NCBI GenBank assembly: GCA_001179505.1
Contig: CDMY01001045.1
Location: 154,111-218,110 of the forward strand
Origin: Vitrella brassicaformis CCMP3155
Lineage: Eukaryota; Protista; Chromerida
Length of the DNA stretch: 64,000 bases
Direction of reading: 5' to 3'
Below are positions 40,701-52,368 of this stretch, piece after piece. Each line of letters begins with the position of its first letter. Position 1 is the first letter of the stretch. The notes under the pieces were generated by a model. The model did no database searches. It had not been told where the DNA came from and worked only from the letters and a program-made list of their open reading frames with translations. Made by a program: the position numbers and the translations under genes.

Positions 40701-40828
40701 GAGAGCCGTCCAAAGAAGTGCCAGGTGGGTTCTGCGATGGGAGAGAGGCTATTGTCAATTCGCCCTTTTCTGTTGGTCTCAGGAGAGGGTATAGAGGCGA
40801 CGCTTCCCAGCAAGTCTTTCCGGATTAA
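37780..40828 (+). CDS. Multi-pass membrane protein with acidic C-terminal tail, unknown function
   Basis: Phase-consistent exons with hydrophobic segments (ILTWSLILLIGLLTCAYLY; VFFACCWILICSCSFLLVF; VFISLAAIATAHAIILTLCVVI; VAIVISLLLSLLY) and acidic exons at 39934-40828. The 5' end is unresolved (in-frame TAG at 37858-37860), and some 3' junctions are not resolved. Confidence 0.55.
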
Positions 40829-40957
40829 ATCGCGTGCTCTTGTTGGTGACGTCGGCGATGCGTACGTCACCCATGCGCCCACACGGAGCGCACATCGAGC
40901 GAGTTGAGACATGAACGGATACACGGGTTTTTCTTGTGCAGGGCGCAGAACGCAGCA

Positions 40958-43090
40958 ATGGCCGTCTCGGTGCGATCTCGTGACTTCTCCTGCGCCTTGA
41001 TTATATCCACTGTCGTGTCGCTGCTATCACTGGTACACACGCAGGCAGGCGGCCAACTAGGCAGACAGGCCGGCACGCGCGCACACATGTGAATGTGTGC
41101 GGCACTAGGCGATCCTTCTTCTCGTCTGTATTCAACGTGCTCGAGCGAGCCGACTTTGTCCAGGCAAGCCGACATTCGTCCGCCCGTCACTTTGGCAATG
41201 TCCCTCTTTTGGTCTTGTCTCTGTGTCTCTGTCTGTGCGAGTGTCTGTCTGTCTGTCTGTCTGTGTCTTGGTCTTGTCTGCGCCAGACATGAAGGGGTGG
41301 AACGTATGCGGACTGAGGTACGTATATATTCCGGGAGATGTGTATTCTTTTCATGTCTGTCAGGACATTTCCGCCTCTCCAATCGACTCCGTGCAACTGC
41401 CGATCTATCATGGCGTCCGACCAACAATACGCGCCATATATGGTCGACGCCATCAAGTCGTTCACGACACTTGAGGTGCGGTGACAGTCAGACAGACAAC
41501 GTACATGCCACGGACAATGAGCAAAGAATGACTCATATCCGTGTGTGCCCTTTGAACCGATGCAGGCTATCGGTCTGTATCCCCCTTTTGAGAAATTGGA
41601 GCTCAACATGAACGTCACTTCCATTCCAAAACAGCTCGCCAAACAAAGTAGGATGACAGGCCTGCTCGAAACAGCCTCGCTCGTGCTGTCCGATGGATGT
41701 CTCTCTGCATGTCTCTCCCTTTGTGTCTCCGTGTGTCTGATATGCAAAGCGTTCCTTCTTGCCTTCCTTTGGCGAAGTAAGATTTGGCGCAGGAAACGGA
41801 TGCCGACACATGTGCGATGCGATTTGCCTGTTTGTGCGGCTGTGATGGCAGAGACTGCGATCAGCATCCTCCCTGCGGACGAGCTGCGGTACTTGGAACG
41901 ATTGCGCGTGGTATTCTTAGGGGGCAACTTGATCGAAGACGTCCCCGAGAGGTGAATGAATGAAGCATGTCCTTTCTCAGTGGCATTGGATCTCCTGTCT
42001 GCCTGTTTGTTGTGTACTTGATCAAAGTACTCGGCATCTTCGCCAGGTCGAATTTATCAATCTCCGTGGCAACTTGATAGCGGAGGTGCCATACAGCATC
42101 AGCGAGCTCTACTCGCAGGGATCTCTGACTACTCTAGCGCTAGGTATGAACAATGAGGTCGTAAACAGCAATACCAATGAATGCTTGCAAACCATTGTGT
42201 GAGCAGACGTGAACCCAATCTGCTCAAACGGTAATCATCCCTTCGGACGGACCGCCCTGTGTCTGTCTCACCATCTGCATCTGTCTGCTCACCTTTCTGT
42301 CCATTCAGGGTTCCTCGAGGACGAGACGGCCCCCCCGGCGTTTGTCCGCATGGTGAAGAATCTCGTCCCGTGCCAGTCACTACAAGACGGACCTGATGGT
42401 GGGTCACAGACCCCACCTGGAGAGCTTGGCGGAGGTAAGTAAGATCTCGATTCTCCGGGCCCATCGGCATGACGTCAGTGAGTGAATGTAAGTGTGTGTC
42501 TGTGTTTGCATTTGTATGGGTGTGTGTGTGTGTCAGGGACGAGCGGCGGGGAATGCGTCACAAAAGTCCGGCATTCATTTCATCGCATAGGAACACACTT
42601 TGTATTGCATATGTGGGTGACCAGTGCCGAGAATGGAAGGCGTTCTTTCACGCACTCGACCTGGACAAGAATGAGTGTCTGGCGTGGTCGGAGGTGGACG
42701 GAGTCTACCCTGCACTCACGGAGACAGAGTTCATCTACGCTCTCCAAGGATTAGAAGGAAAATGGGGAACCACAAGGCGAGCAGACTCATTGTGCCAGCC
42801 CAGCCATTTCATCGCCGACTGATCTTTTCGCAGGGACCCGAACACACCACTCTGTGGGACAGCTCGGATATTTTCCCTCTTCATGTCGACGTCATACACC
42901 GACTGCTCTGGCTGGTATCAGTGAAAGGGTGGAACTACGATGTGGCCAAAGAACAAACCAAGATGCATGTATATGTCTCCTGTTTCTCTTTCTCCCTCCC
43001 TCCTTCGTCTTTTTGTCTGCTTGCTGCACATGCAGTACCATCCATGGCAGCGGCGATATGGTGTCCGATCAGAGTGAAAATGATGTATAG
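40958..43090 (+). CDS. Leucine-rich-repeat protein with N-terminal signal/anchor and an EF-hand-like motif
   Basis: Leader MAVSVRSRDFSCALIISTVVSLLSL|AILLLVC. LRRs LRYLERLRVVFLGGNLIEDVP and LRQVEFINLRGNLIAEVP. EF-hand-like FFHALDLDKNECLAWSE. The model requires a GC donor at 41164. The 3' end is approximate. Confidence 0.72.
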
Positions 43091-43542
43091 CGGCATTAAG
43101 CCACTGTCTCTATGGTTTGTGTCGTATCATGTGCATCTGTAAGTGGCATGAATGCATATAATCGTGTGTGCCTAGTACACATGTGCAGGCATCCATACTC
43201 GTGCCCACCCGTACATGTCGGTGCGTGTGAGCGTTTGCTTCGAGGCTGTGTTTTTCAGATCTTGATGCACGTATGTCTTGGGAGACATAAGAGATACTGC
43301 TGCAGAGGCACTCACTTAAGTTGTAAGCGCTTGTGTGTCCATGTATGGGCTCGTGTTTCATTGCAGTGATCAGGTCTTGATCGCACACCCGCATCGGTTT
43401 CACGACTCATTACAACACGCACAGTCACACGAAACGTGCAAAGTGTCGATCGATAAACTCATATTGTATACGTTTTCTACTCGCTGCCCTCCCACTGACC
43501 TGCATGGATGAGCTCAATGCACCTCAGTCTCTCTGGGTGAGC

Positions 43543-46525
43543 TCACGTATACCAGTGCTGCTGCTGCACCAAGAAGGGAGGCGGACGTGGGAACGCAACA
43601 TACTGCGGAGACATGACGACCGGAGGACTGCGCATCGTACACGGCTGTGGCTGGAGGCGAGGTCCGGGGCCGGTCCAACCATAGTCCGATGCCGAGCGTC
43701 CGATCGCCACATTGACCTCGTTGCCGCCTCTGACGTCTCCCAGGGAGGAGCAGCTGGCATTGTTGCCAACCGTTGTGTTGCGGACCATATCCGTCGATGT
43801 GGCGGGAGGGGGAACGTCATCGCTCTGTGTCGTCATCGTCATGCTGTCGACCATATGCTTCGTCTTGTGCACCCTGTTTGGGTCGACAGCCGGGGAAGCC
43901 GCCGGGGTCGGCGGTGGTACGTTCAAATTGAGCCCTGTGTATGTGGACAGCCCTGGCAAACACACATCACATCAAAGACACCTCTGGTCCACAAACAGAT
44001 GTCGATCGACCAGTGAGTGTATCATTTGTGACGTACGCTGGGTTAAGTCGGAAACGAATCCAGAGTTTTTGCAAATGTCGGGGTAGCGACTGACGAGCCC
44101 AGCAGCCTCCGCCTCTAGCTTCTCCAACTCATGGACCAATGTGAGCTTCCTTATCTGCGTGAGACACACTCGGACACGAAGCTCAAGTAAGTGTTCTGTT
44201 CGGCTCGGCTTTATTCGGCTACGTAGTGCTCATTGGTCTGCAGTCTCTGTCTCTTTGTAATCTCGGCTGTGGTCTGCAATCATCATGGGGAGGGACCACA
44301 TGCATAAGCGATGCACATGGCATGGCGCCTGTGTGCTGGTCAATCCACCCACTCACTCACTCTTCGTTGGACTTCCTCCTGTGACGCAGCAACCAGCTCC
44401 TGTAATCAAAGACAATAAGCGCATTCTTAGAACTGAAGCTTCAGTTGAGGGGCTGTCTCTGACCTCCACGATCTGTCGCTGGGCCGCCTCTGGCAAACCG
44501 TCGCAAGTCACGTCGCCCGCATCGCCTGAGCCCTGTTTGCACATCACGTCACACAGCGATGACGGGATTGGATCAGACACGGCAGTGAGTCTGAGACGAG
44601 TTTACCATCAGCGCGGCAATTTGCTTCTTAAGATACTCAGAGCCCTCACCCTTCTGAACACATAGATCCATACACACATACAGATCCAAACATGAAGGAG
44701 TCAGCCTGTCTGCCTGCCTGGGCTGACCTGGAGCCAGACAACAATACCCTGTGTCTCTTCTGCCTGGATCTGCCGGAACAGCCTCTCGTAGGACTTCCGG
44801 AACCGCCGCCCGTCCTTGTTCTCCCCCCTGGCCACAGCTGTCAGCTGCTGGACGAGCTGCTGCTGCTGCTTCGCGAGCCGCACGCACTTGACCTCAGCCT
44901 GATTGAGCATGGAACCGTTTGACGTCTCTACTTCGGTCGAACAACAAGCCACTTCACCTGTCTCCGCCTGTAGGTCTCCCTCCCTGCGCATCCATTGATC
45001 TTCGGATAAAAGGTGCATTCTTGCATTTCTTCGTCCTCCCTGCGCAGCCTCAAGGCCTCTCCCAGCTCCACGCGCTGTCGCCGCCGCTCCAAATACTGAT
45101 CGATGCAGGCAAGGAGATGTGGTGGCCGCTAGGAAAAAGGCTTCACGGGTGATCTAGTCGTTGCTCGACTCACCTCCTTATCCCTCTCCTCGCGAGACCT
45201 ACTCGCTGACCGATGTGAGATGGGGGCACAGTGCCTTACGCCTTTTTGGGCATTGTCCTTCTCCATCTCGTGTCTCGCTTTCAGTTCCTGTCTGCAGGTC
45301 AAGAAGATCAATCCACAACAGCAGACAGGTCAAGAAGACTAATCCACAACAAAGCCAACTCAAAAGCAGCAAGTACATGCTGAACGCGTGTGACGTCGGC
45401 TCACCGTCTACGCTGTCGATTTGAGTAGTCGTCATACAGCCGTTTCAACGTCTCTGATGATGGCCGCGCTGCGTGTGGTCTCCCCTGCCTGTCATGCTTG
45501 GACGAGAGCACTGCAGTTTCGCCTGAGGGTGACACATCGCGAGCATGGATGTGATCAATGGCTGGGTGTCTCAACTCACACTCAGTCTTCCTTGCATCAG
45601 AGTCACGTTCCTTGTCATTGCAAGAAGGAGACCGGCTGCACATACGTACACAAACCGACGCTTTGCAGGTGCTTGAATGCCAGCTCTGCAGCAAGAAAGG
45701 AATACCTGCAAGTGCCGAAGGCGTTCATTCTTCGGACTGTCATCGACTGGCCTGGGTAAAGAGACACAATGCCATAATGCCCGACAGGACTCCTGGTAAG
45801 GTTATAAATGATGATGGGACCTCTGGCCTTCAAGTTCCTGGTATTTGCCTTCCGACTACACAAAAGCCGACATTCACGTGCATTTTGCTTACAATCGCAC
45901 AGCGTGAATGAGGTTTGCTTACCGCTGACGTTGATGGCTTTCCGCAGGTGCAGTCTGCTGGACAACTGGTTTCTCTGCATCTGTCAGACGCCCATGGTCG
46001 TTGAAGCAACATACCGCGTCTCCGTTGGAATCATCCCAGGCGGCAAACACAGGAAAATCGTTGCCTGGCAACCCTTGCCCCTCTTGAAGTTGGGCCTCTG
46101 ATTTCGCCGTAATGGCTGACAGTGAAGTGAAGACCTGCAATGCCAGAGGCACACCAGTGTCGAACAAAAGGGACCGTGCGGAAAAGAACGTGTCCTCTTT
46201 CTTGTGCTTCGTCTACCAGGTTATGCTCTTGATCCACAGCGGCACACTTCTCTGCAACAACAGGTCGTGCGTCTTGTCTTGCGGAAGGCCGCAGTGTTGT
46301 TCCTCTCAGCAATTCCCCGTGCCACTTGACAGCGTTCCCCGCCGGGCACCCCCCTGCAGTGCTGGGCTGGTGTTCTCCGTCTCCTTCGCTGCCCTGCGAC
46401 GACCTGCTCGAGATAGACAGGTCGAGGGACCCTGGGGGCGATGGACGAGGCGAAGGAGGCGGTCCACATGACGGCGAATCATCAAGACGTAGCTCTTTGG
46501 GGTCCAGTTTGGGATTGGATGCCAT
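43543..46525 (-). CDS. Coiled-coil/low-complexity hypothetical protein
   Basis: Begins MASNPKLDPKELRLDDSP, followed by spliced exons ETLKRLYDDYSNRQRRR | QELKARHEMEK, VRLAKQQQQLVQQL and IRKLTLVHELEKLEAEAAGL, and a Pro-rich last exon ending QQQHWYT*. Confidence 0.58.
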
Positions 46526-46721
46526 CTGTATCCTTGTGACCTGATGGCAGGCTCGACGTCTCTCTTCAAGCTCTGCCTGAGGCCTGTCCTCGTGAGCCGA
46601 CGGTGCAGGCGGCAGGCTAGGCGGCAGGGGGTCAATGCGTTGGGCGCCTCGACGGACGGCAGGGACGGACATGCGATGAATGTGCCTATGTATTTAGATG
46701 TGTACGGGATCTCACTACTAT

Positions 46722-47537
46722 ATGGCCATCTATGAGTCGAGGTGACGCCGCCGCAGGGATCCAAGAGATCCAAGCGATGGGAGGCTCGTGGTTCGGGATC
46801 ACGCGTTCGACCACTTGCTCGCGAGTGGGTTCTACCGACTCTCCCATGCGGCTGGGCGTTCGTGGATGTTGTTCATCCTCGTCCCTGTTGCTCTCGCCTT
46901 GGCAGGCCTGGCGACGTTCCTTCCCTTGATGAAGCATGAGTCGCGAATAGACGAACTGTACCTCCCCACGAAGTCGAGAGCCGTCCACGACGAGCTGGCA
47001 GTGGAGAAGATCTGGGGCGATCAGGGCATCAGGTACATGAGATATTAGACTGACTCGCTCAGGAGCTGCTGAGTCAATCGGAATGTCGTGTGTGTGGTTG
47101 GGCTCTGATGTGACTGCAGGTTCAGCCAGGTCATTCTCGTGTGGCAAGGTTCGTTCGACGCCAACGTGCTCACGGCTGAGCGATTCGCCAGGGCTCACAC
47201 GGTTGTCCAAGGCATCCTGACAGACAGGGTGGAGCACGAGGGCAAGACCGTCACCTTCGCCGACGTATGCGCCGGCAGCATCATGCCCGACGGTAGCTGC
47301 TTCCTTCTGTCTGTCTTCACGTGGTGGGACAACAAGACTCTCCCAAGCACCGACGAGCAGCTCATTCAAGAGCTGAATGCGCCGACTCGTGTGGACCGGT
47401 GGGGGAGACCGCTGCGGGATGAGGTGCCGCTGCTGCTGGCCAAAGCACATCACGATGCCGAGGGCCGAGTGGACAGCGCGGCTGCCTATCACTTCATCTT
47501 TGGCACCAAACGGACAGATGAAGGCACATCATGGTGA
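46722..47537 (+). pseudogene. Patched/NPC1-like (RND sterol-sensing family) N-terminal fragment
   Basis: FYRLSHAAGRSWMLFILVPVALALAG (first TM), IDELYLPTKSRAVHDE, then VTFADVCA...SCFLLSVF...W, typical of the first luminal loop of Patched-domain proteins. I found no downstream sterol-sensing-domain exons. There is an in-frame TGA at 46743-46745 after the upstream ATG. Confidence 0.6.
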
Positions 47538-48529
47538 GCGGACCAAAGTCGGTCGATTCGCCAACGCAAATGTCTGTTGCTCGTATGTCTGTTGTTCGTC
47601 TGTGTCCCGCCTGGGCTAGCTCCATCCGATACGTCCGTCTCTCACTTTCTCTCTCTTCGTCTGATTGATGCCTGAAGGAGGCAGCTAGGGAAGCATGCAA
47701 GCAATGCAATCTTCTAATCACGTGGCGGGCGATTCCTTCCTGAGGCACTCACTCTATGCTTGACGAATGGATCGATGAGCTGTTTGTTGCCGGGATGATC
47801 TGCCTGCCTGCCTGCCTGTGTTGCCTGTGTCGTGATCGACGTGCAGGCCGCAAGGAGGCACGGCAGGATGATATATATGGCTTTTTCCTTTCTGTCGTGT
47901 AAGGCTAAGGCGGTTACAGTCCGCGTGATGATATAGGTGGATGGATGGATGGTGTTCATTTGCTGCTAGTATGTATCTATGGTGTCCAAAGTACAGAATG
48001 ACAAAAGGTAGTAATATACCGCTGGCTGCTACATTTCCATGCATTCAAACGTCTTGCTGGCTGCTTTGCTTTGCGGGCCGGCCCATATGTATTTCCCTGT
48101 CCATCGGTCCCTTCGTACGTGCGTTGGTTGGTACAGTGAGTGGATGGACGTGGCGGATTTAATTTAATGTGTGTGCACGTGTGACACATGTAGGGTGGGT
48201 GCATGGCTTGCAGGGCCGGGGGTGCGCGCGTGCGTGCGTGTGTGTGCGTGTGTGTGCGTGAGTTGATGGATGAATCGATCAGCCTTGCGTGTGCTGTGCA
48301 CTGCAGGACAGCTGACGTGCGAGAGGTGAGTGAGGTATGGCGTGCAGCTGAGAGAGAGACTGACTGCATGGATGGCATCTGTGCTGTCTGTTTGTCTGGC
48401 GTAATATATTTTAGCTATGGCTGACCGGCGGAGTGCGTGGCTGCAGCAAGCAGCCAGCGCGTACCTGACGGCTAGCTGATGTGTTCTGAGCGATGGTTGT
48501 GTTGCTCAGAGGGATGTGTGTGTGTGTGT

Positions 48530-48610
48530 GGATGCTGACTGACACATGTCGGTGCTCTGCGCGTGTGGGTGTGGATGCTGACTGACACATGTCGGTGCTC
48601 TGCGCGTGTG
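48530..48610. repeat. Direct tandem duplication, 43-bp unit, about 2 copies
   Basis: ggatgctgactgacacatgtcggtgctctgcgcgtgtg occurs at 48530 and again at 48573. Confidence 0.9.
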
Positions 48611-49629
48611 TGTGTGGGCGGCCGAGCGACGGCCGACCAGAACTCACTGATTGAATGTTCAACCAGCTGTCCGTGGGATCGACTGCACATGCATACACCA
48701 GCACACCGACCGATGGATGCATTGGCGGGTCGGTCAGTGAGTGACATTAAATTTTTGATCTCTCGTTTTGTTTGTGAGGGCGCGCGTGGGCATGCGTGGC
48801 GCACACGCACCCTGACACACACACACACACACACACACAGACACAGAGACACACAGACACACAGAAAGACCCCAGGCGGAGCTCCAAGAGAAGACCCCAC
48901 GACCAATCAGGTCTGTCTGATGCACACGTCGATTTGTACCACATACAAAGCACTCGTGTTGGTGTGGGGGTGCGGCTGCAGCTGTCCGATTTGCAGAAGC
49001 ACTTCGACGATATCGACGCTGAGAAGAACACCAGAGTGCGCGTGTGTCGAAGTGTGTGGGTGTGTGTGCAGCTCCCTGAGTTGGTCAAGAGTTGTGAGGC
49101 ATACGACACATCGACACACACACGAGGGACGGGCAATGTGTGTGTGGGTGGGTGTGTAGACGAGACCAATTGCGTTTGATGTGTATGTGTGTGTGTGCGC
49201 GGTGTTGCGGTCCATGGTCGGACCAGCAGTCATTTTCGTGTCATTTGTACGACGAAACCACCCTGTGTTGTGTGTCCTCAGCTGATAGATATCATCCTCA
49301 CAGCCACACAGACCAAACGTACCTCGATATAGACAGCCAGCCAGCAAGACATGCGCTCATCCCAGAGAGAGAGACGGACCGACGCGCATCCATTTGCAGC
49401 ACCCAGAGTCCGCGCACGCACGCACCCAGTCACAAATCACCTTTAAAAAACATCACACATCCAGCCCATCATCAAACTCAGAGAGAGAGAGAGAGGGGCT
49501 CGAGAGCCTCCTGTGTGTGGGCGTGGGCGACGATTGTGTTGTTTTGTGTGAGGGAAAGGAAAGTGGTCGCAGTCACCTGACTACTCTACCCGTCCGTCAC
49601 CCACCCCCGGGCTGGCCGCTACTTGCGCT

Positions 49630-50687
49630 CTAAATAAAACATGACTTCTTCTTGCGTGTGCATCTGCCCTGCTTGTCGTCCAAAAAGTTCTTCTTGTTCG
49701 GGTGGCAGGGCTCACAGTAGCCGTCATAGCTACACTCGCACTCCTGGGTGAAGCCTTGTCCCCAAGGGCCAGTGGCTTCATGGTATTTGTTGCAAATCCT
49801 GCCGATCATCTCGGGAATGGCCACCCACGCGCCAGTCGCAGGGTCCTTGCGCCCGCACGGCTTCATGTTGAAGGCTTTAGTGGACCTGTTGCAGAAATCC
49901 GTCGTCGCGCCTGCATCCACACACACCACCCACACACCACACACACACACACACACATGGCGTTGGATGACCTCCAGGAAGCATAATTGCATACCGTGGT
50001 GCTGCTGCTGCTCTTGATGTCCGTATTCGCCGGTGAGGTGCATCTCCCCGCTGGATGGCGGCGAGTGCGGCCTCCCGCACGGCGAGTGCGGCCTCCTGCA
50101 TGGTGAGGGAGCTCGTTATCATGCCCTTCAGATCTACCACCCTGCTCGATGAGTGACAGCGCCGTAACTGAACGCACAATGCAATGCAGGCGGCAAACCA
50201 TGCAGGGCATTTGTGGGTGCTGTAGGTGGCACATGTACGTGCGGGCCTCATCCATCTGCCTCTCACGCACGTAAGTACCTTCGCTGGCCTGGATCTCCTG
50301 AGCGCGGCCGAGAAACGACGCACCTGCACACAGAGGAAGCCAGAGAAACATGCCATCCATGGATCATTCCCGTTCGTGATAGATCTCGCCGCTCCATGGA
50401 CCATGCACGTCAACGCCGCAGTCCTTCCCCTCCTCGCAGTCGGGGCCATACTATAGTAGCTCCCCTCGCCCACCCACATCTCTGTGGGCACACATCAGTC
50501 ATGCGGCCATCCATATGCACAAAAGAGGACCAAACTCACGCAGTATGGGCAGATCTGTCATGGTGGATGGTCGGTTCGGCGCCTGTTTGTCCCCCCTTTG
50601 CTCACGTCGGTCAGAGTTGCGCTGGGCTGTCACAGCGGCCAGGCCGACCACCAGGATGACGAGGCTGAAACAACGCGTCATCATCAT
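49630..50687 (-). CDS. Putative small secreted Cys-rich protein
   Basis: First exon encodes signal peptide MMMTRCFSLVILVVGLAAVTA. The terminal exon has 8 Cys (DFCNR...KPCG...ICNK...ECECSYDGYCEPCHP...RCTRKKKSCFI*, counted by eye). Middle exon structure is unresolved. Confidence 0.5.
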
Positions 50688-51318
50688 CGCGCCAGCAAAT
50701 CGCAGACGATGTGCTCACTCGGCGACTAAGAGGTCTAAGAGATCTCCTTATCGGGAGAGATTAAAGGGAGGCGTGCCCATGCCAGGGACGTGGACAAACA
50801 TTCACGTCATACGCCGGACCTGCGTATGACGAGAATGTAATCACCCAATATACAGATACAATCGTCACTTCGGGCTGTGTACATGTAGATGAGTTCGATA
50901 GGACTGTTAGCTATAGGTGAGACACACCATTGCTTGTTGCTTGTTTTGTGTGAGTGAGTGAGTGAGTGATGTCGATGGGTGGGTGGGTGGCCGGGTGATT
51001 GAATGGATGGATGGCTGCAAGTGATGATCATGAATCAGTGAGTATCAGCCATCAGTGCGATTGAGACTTGGTCATGCATGTCATCTGTTCATTCATTCGT
51101 TCTTCGTGTGGTGTGAGTGCCTTGGATTGTTGGAGCTCATGATTCATGGAGAGGCTGTGGCAAGGCTCAGGAGAGTAGCATCAGTGCAGGCTGCACGCAT
51201 GTGTCGCTTGGTTGACTGTGGCGGTCGGGCGGTTGATTGGTCAGAGAGCCACATTGCAGTGACGTTTCGTTTCGTTGACTCATTCATTCATTCATTCATT
51301 CACTTTCTGGCCATTCTT

Positions 51319-51360
51319 GAGTCTGTTTCTCGTGAGAAAGAGTCTGTTTCTCGTGAGAAC
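51319..51360. repeat. Tandem 21-bp repeat, 2 copies, intergenic
   Basis: gagtctgtttctcgtgagaa(a/c) occurs twice; each copy contains the near-palindrome ttctc-gt-gagaa. Confidence 0.85.
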
Positions 51361-52368
51361 GTGTAATTTCGCCGGAACTCGGGCGGCGGTAAAACAGAGG
51401 CCGACGCATGCGTTTTGATCGGATCGCACCAATCACATTTGACGTCCCCAGATCGATTGCTGCGTGTCTGGGATAGAGCAGCATGTGCTGTGGTGTGCGT
51501 CTGGCAGTGCGACGAAAAGGGCGCGCAGATTTGGCCAGCCCGGCGTCCTGGCCGTTCAGATTCACTTCGCCTGTCGTCCTGCCATATCTGTCTGCGCAAC
51601 ACGCGTGGGAGCCACGTGTCGATGCAGTCAGTCATGGTTTGTGTGAGTGAATGGATGGAAGGGTCGCTGCAGCCTGCGACCTTCGCTCATGTGGAGATGC
51701 ACGTCCGGACGTCCCAGTCCGCAATTAAAGCTTTTTGACTTTGGATCATTCATGCCTCCTGTGTCTGTGTGAGCGTGAGTTTGTGTTTGGGTGCACTGCA
51801 CGTGTGTCTTAATTATCTCCTCCTTCCGACTCAAGTGGCTTAGCTTGCCGCCGGCCCATGCATGTTGGTGTCCACTGGCTGCGGGCAGAATGTGTGTGCA
51901 TCCCTCGATACGGAAGTCGCTCTATATGCCCAAAGCTTTGACTTTAGAAAGATCATGAATGACATATATATGTCGATCACTCACCGTTGGTTGGCACACA
52001 GAAACCTCATGCATGTCAGATCCGTCCGGTCCACGCAGTGAGCACACATTGTTTGTGTCTCAGAAACGCACAACAAACAAGTCTCAGAAACCAACCGACC
52101 TCTCCATCCATCCACTCATTGCGTGCAGGCATATGTATTGCCTGCCCGCCTGCAGCCTGCCCGCCTGCCTGCCTGCCTGCGCTCATTCCTGCTGCATATG
52201 GCGTACCTGACGTCACCACACCGACAAACGCCACTCACTCAAACACACTCACATCACACTTGCCACAGCGCGACCAAACGGACAAACGTACGTACGCAGA
52301 CAGACAGACAGACAGGCAGCCAGGCCCTGAACGAGCTAGCTCCCTTCCCTCCCTTGTGTACGTGTCAG

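Noticed and set aside
40867-41427. 186-aa minus-strand ORF
   Set aside because: It overlaps the plus-strand LRR gene's first exons and microsatellite intron antisense; the plus-strand model has consistent splice phases.
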